Below, piece by piece: positions 59,601 through 64,000 of a stretch of 64,000 nucleotides of DNA. The notes beneath the pieces are model-generated. The model worked only from the letters and a program-made list of their open reading frames with translations. It was not told the DNA's origin and searched no databases. Position 1 is the stretch's first letter. The number at the start of each line of letters is the position of its first letter. The DNA is from Yuukianura sp. NJ FZ-2021 (Eukaryota). The translations under genes were made by a program, and so were the position numbers. Location: positions 6,076,001 through 6,140,000 of the forward strand of contig CM102290.1 in NCBI GenBank assembly GCA_046563655.1, written 5' to 3'.

Positions 59601-62600
59601 TGTGTAGAAACACTGAGGAGTTAGTTCGAACACGGTACCGGGTTTCTACAATTTGGAACACTAGACCAATCTTTTCAAGTGTCGAGAACTTTACTCAGAA
59701 TCAAATCAGTCCAGTCAGATTTGGAATTAGTACTAGAACGAAGCTAAAAGTGTAAAGAAACGAACTCTGTCAAGTCAAACTGAAAAAGAAAGAAAAATTG
59801 CTACTAGATGTTTTCATAATTCTGAACTTATATATATTTGTTTACAACGTTAGAGCTGAAACTCCTAATAGTTCTCGCCCTACTTACCCATAATGTCTAT
59901 TCACATAGTGAGCACAAGCAATTATGTTAGCCTATTTTTACCTAAGCTTTAACACTACGAAACTAAACCGTAAGTTTACAACAAGTGACCGCCTTCCTGC
60001 ATTCTTAATAAAAACAAAATAATAAATGTTCTAGAAAGCTACAAGTGCCTGTTCTGACAAGAGAAATAAACTTTAGGCCGTTGCTCAGGGTGCTCGTGCT
60101 TCAGCTTAAGCTAATAAAACCTTTTGACACGTAAGAAATGTTTCTGTAACAAGCTAGGGTGAACGCTGTGTAGAAACACTGAGGAGTTAGTTCGAACACG
60201 GTACCGGGTTTCTACAATTTGGAACACTAGACCAATCTTTTCAAGTGTCGAGAACTTTACTCAGAATCAAATCATTCTAGTCAGATTTGGAATTAGTACT
60301 AGAACGAAGCTAAAAGTGTAAAGAAACGAACTCTGTCAAGTCAAACTGAAAAAGGAAAGTAAAATTGCTACTAGATGTTTTCATAATTCTGAACTTATAT
60401 ATATTTGTTTACAACGTTAGAGCTGAAACTCCTAATAGTTCTCGCCCTACTTACCCATAATGTATATTCACATAGTGAGCACAAGCAATTATGTTAGCCT
60501 ATTTTTACCTAGCTTTAACACTACGAAGCTAAACCGTAAGTTTACAACACGTGACCGCCTTCCTGCATTCTTAATAAAAACAAAATAATAAATGTTCTAG
60601 AAAGCTACAACTGCCTGTTCTGACAAGAGAAATAAACTTTAGGCCGTTGCTCAGGGTGCTCGTGCTTCAGCTTAAGCTAATAAAACCTTTTGACACGTAA
60701 GAAATGTTTCGGTAACAAGCTAGCGTGAACGCTGTGTAGAAACACTGAGGAGTTAGTTCGAACACGGTACCGGGTTTCTACAATTTGGAACACTAGACCA
60801 ATCTTTTCAAGTGTCGAGAACTTTACTCAGAATCAAATCAGTCTAGTCAGATTTGGAATTAGTACTAGAACGAAGCTAAAAGAGTAAAGAAACGAACTCT
60901 GTCAAGTCAAACTGAAAAAGAAAGAAAAATTGCTACTAGATGTTTTCATAATTCTGAACTTATATATATTTGTTTACAACGTTAGAGCTGAAACTCCTAA
61001 TAGTTCTCGCCCTTACTTACCCATAATGTCTATTCACATAGTGAGCACAAGCAATTATGTTAGCCTATTTTTACCTAGCTTTAACACTACGAAGCTAAAC
61101 CGTAAGTTTACAGAAATGTGACCGCCTTCCTGCATTCTTAATAAAAACAAAATAATAAATGTTCTAGAAAGCTACAAGTGCCTGTTCTGACAAGAGAAAC
61201 GCCTTTAGGCCGTTGCTCAGGGTGCTCGTGCTTCAGCTTAAGCTAATAAAACCTTTTGACACGTAAGAAATGTTTCTGTAACAAGCTAGCGTGAACGCTG
61301 TGTAGAAACACTGAGGAGTTAGTTCGAACACGGTACCGGGTTTCTACAATTTGGAACACTAGACAAATCTTTTCAAGTGTCGAGAACTTTACTCAGAATC
61401 AAATCAGTCCAGTCAGATTTGGAATTAGTACTAGAACGAAGCTAAAAGAGTAAAGAAACGAACTCTGTCAAGTCAAACTGAAAAAGAAAGAAAAATTGCT
61501 ACTAGATGTTTTCATAATTCTGAACTTACATATATTTGTTTACAACGTTAGAGCTGAAACTCCTAATAGTTCTCGCCCTACTTACCCATAATGTCTATTC
61601 ACATAGTGAGCACAAGCAATTATGTTAGCCTATTTTTACCTAGCTTTAACACTACGAAGCTAAACCGTAAGTTTACAGAAATGTGACCGCCTTCCTGCAT
61701 TCTTAATAAAAACAAAATAATAAATGTTCTAGAAAGCTACAAGTGCCTGTTCTGACAAGAGAAACGACTTTAGGCCGTTGCTCAGGGTGCTCGTGCTTCA
61801 GCTTAAGCTAATAAAACTTTTGACACGTAAGAAATGTTTCTGTAACAAGCTAGCGTGAACGCTGTGTAGAAACACTGAGGAGTTAGTTCGAACACGGTAC
61901 CGGGTTTCTACAATTTGGAACACTAGACAAATCTTTTCAAGTGTCGAGAACTTTACTCAGAATCAAATCAGTCCAGTCAGATTTGGAATTAGTACTAGAA
62001 CGAAGCTAAAAGTGTAAAGAAACGAACTCTGTCAAGTCAAACTGAAAAAGAAAGAAAAATTGCTACTAGATGTTTTCATAATTCTGAACTTACATATATT
62101 TGTTTACAACGTTAGAGCTGAAACTACTAATAGTTCCCGCCCTACTTACCCATAATGTCTATTCACATAGTGAGCACAAGCAATTATGTTAGCCTATTTT
62201 TACCTAACTTTAACACTACGAAGCTAAACCGTAAGTTTACAACAAGTGACCGCCTTCCTGCATTCTTAATAAAAACAAAATAATAAATGTTCTAGAAAGC
62301 TACAACTGCCTGTTCTGACAAGAGAAATAAACTTTAGGCCGTTGCTCAGGGTGCTCGTGCTTCAGCTTAAGCTAATAAAACTTTTGACACGTAAGAAATG
62401 TTTTTGTAACAAGCTAGCGTGAACGCTGTGTAGAAACACTGAGGAGTTAGTTCGAACACGGTACCGGGTTTCTACAATTTGGAACACTAGACCAAATCTT
62501 TTCAAGTGTCGAGAACTTTACTCAGAATCAAATCAGTCCAGTCAGATTTGGAATTAGTACTAGAACGAAGCTAAAAGAGTAAAGAAACGAACTCTGTCAA

Positions 62601-64000
62601 GTCAAACTGAAAAAGAAAAGAAAAATTGCTACTAGATGTTTTCATAATTCTGAACTTATATATATTTGTTTACAACGTTAGAGCTGAAACTCCTAATAGT
62701 TCTCGCCCTTACTTACCCATAATGTCTATTCACATAGTGAGCACAAGCAATTATGTTAGCCTATTTTTACCTAGCTTTAACACTACGAAGCTAAACCGTA
62801 AGTTTACAGAAATGTGACCGCCTTCCTGCATTCTTAATAAAAACAAAATAAGAAATGTTCTAGAAAGCTACAAGTGCCTGTTCTGACAAGAGAAACGACT
62901 TTAGGCCGTTGCTCAGGGTGCTCGTGCTTCAGCTTAAGCTAATAAAACTTTTGACACGTAAGAAATGTTTCTGTAACAAGCTAGCGTGAACGCTGTGTAG
63001 AAACACTGAGGAGTTAGTTCGAACACGGTACCGGGTTTCTACAATTTGGAACACTAGACCAATCTTTTCAAGTGTCGAGAACTTTACTCAGAATCAAATC
63101 ATTCTAGTCAGATTTGGAATTAGTACTAGAACCAAGCTAAAAGTGTAAAGAAACGAACTCTGTCAAGTCAAACTGAAAAAGAAAGACAAATTGCTACTAG
63201 ATGTTTTCATAATTCTGAACTTATATATATTTGTTTACAACGTTAGAGCTGAAACTCCTAATAGTTCTCGCCCTACTTACCCATAATGTCTATTCACATA
63301 GTGAGCACAAGCAATTATGTTAGCCTATTTTTACCTAGCTTTAACACTACGAAGCTAAACCGTAAGTTTACAACACGTGACCGCCTTCCTGCATTCTTAA
63401 TAAAAACAAAATAATAAATGTTCTAAAAAGCTACAACTGCCTGTTCTGACAAGAGAAATAAACTTTAGGCCGTTGCTCAGGGTGCTCGTGCTTCAGCTTA
63501 AGCTAATAAAACCTTTGACACGTAAGAAATGTTTCTGTAACAAGCTAGCGTGAACGCTGTGTAGAAACACTGAGGAGTTAGTTCGAACACGGTACCGGGT
63601 TTCTACAATTTGGAACACTAGACCAATCTTTTCAAGTGTCGAGAACTTTACTCAGAATCAAATCAGTCTAGTCAGATTTGGAATTAGTACTAGAACGAAG
63701 CTAAAAGAGTAAAGAAACGAACTCTGTCAAGTCAAACTGAAAAAGAAAGAAAAATTGCTACTAGATGTTTTCATAATTCTGAACTTATATATATTTGTTT
63801 ACAACGTTAGAACTGAAACTCCTAATAGTTCTCGCCTTACTTACCCATAATGTCTATTCACATAGTGAGCACAAGCAATTATGTTAGCCTATTTTTACCT
63901 AGCTTTAACACTACGAAGCTAAACCGTAAGTTTACAGAAATGTGACCGCCTTCCTGCATTATTAATAAAAACAAAATAATAAATGTTCTAGAAAGCTACA
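35676..64000. repeat. Tandem satellite, ~564-bp monomer, ~50 copies, running off the window end
   Basis: CGAACTCTGTC recurs at 35692, 36256, 36820 and 37384 (period 564). Monomers are near-identical, with recurrent variants including a 19-bp deletion form. Confidence 0.98.

Noticed and set aside
56340..63000. Extra single-base indels in distal monomers as real divergence
   Set aside because: They are mostly singletons in or next to homopolymers, which is more consistent with long-read consensus error; this cannot be resolved without reads.
35676..64000. CRISPR array or coding repeats (63-82 aa ORFs at 35576, 57561, 60930, 62626)
   Set aside because: There are no unique spacers and whole monomers repeat. 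The ORFs appear only where a 1-bp indel or the array edge extends a short frame.

Overview
Eukaryotic DNA, probably arthropod-like (55-70 nt introns, TATA plus TCAGT initiators). Bases 1-35.7 kb are a four-level nest of mobile elements whose junctions can mostly be rebuilt from target-site duplications (TSDs). Level 1 is an old Polinton/Maverick (A) whose major capsid gene is split at 459/29305. Level 2 is a minus-strand BEL/Pao LTR retrotransposon (460-29304; TG..CA LTRs, TACAG TSD, tRNA-Tyr PBS). Level 3, inside the BEL pol, is a truncated minus-strand Ty3/Gypsy-like element that carries an intronless, GPI/TM-tailed matrix metalloproteinase (MMP) about 115 bp upstream of gag. Level 4, inside that gag, is a 16.5-kb Polinton (B; 5135-21638; AG..CT ends, TTTAAA TSD). 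Polinton B has intron-split PIF1 helicase, integrase, protease and pPolB N-terminus, intronless major and minor capsid genes, several orphan genes and two Pol III-like cassettes; it lacks the polymerase core and a packaging ATPase. Decayed F-box/LRR and RING-H2/coiled-coil genes follow Polinton A. From about 35.7 kb to the end is a ~564-bp tandem satellite (~50 copies) with local higher-order structure. The two best leads are the MMP-carrying retrotransposon and the intron-rich, PIF1-encoding Polinton. All calls come from manual reading and motif recognition; no searches were run.
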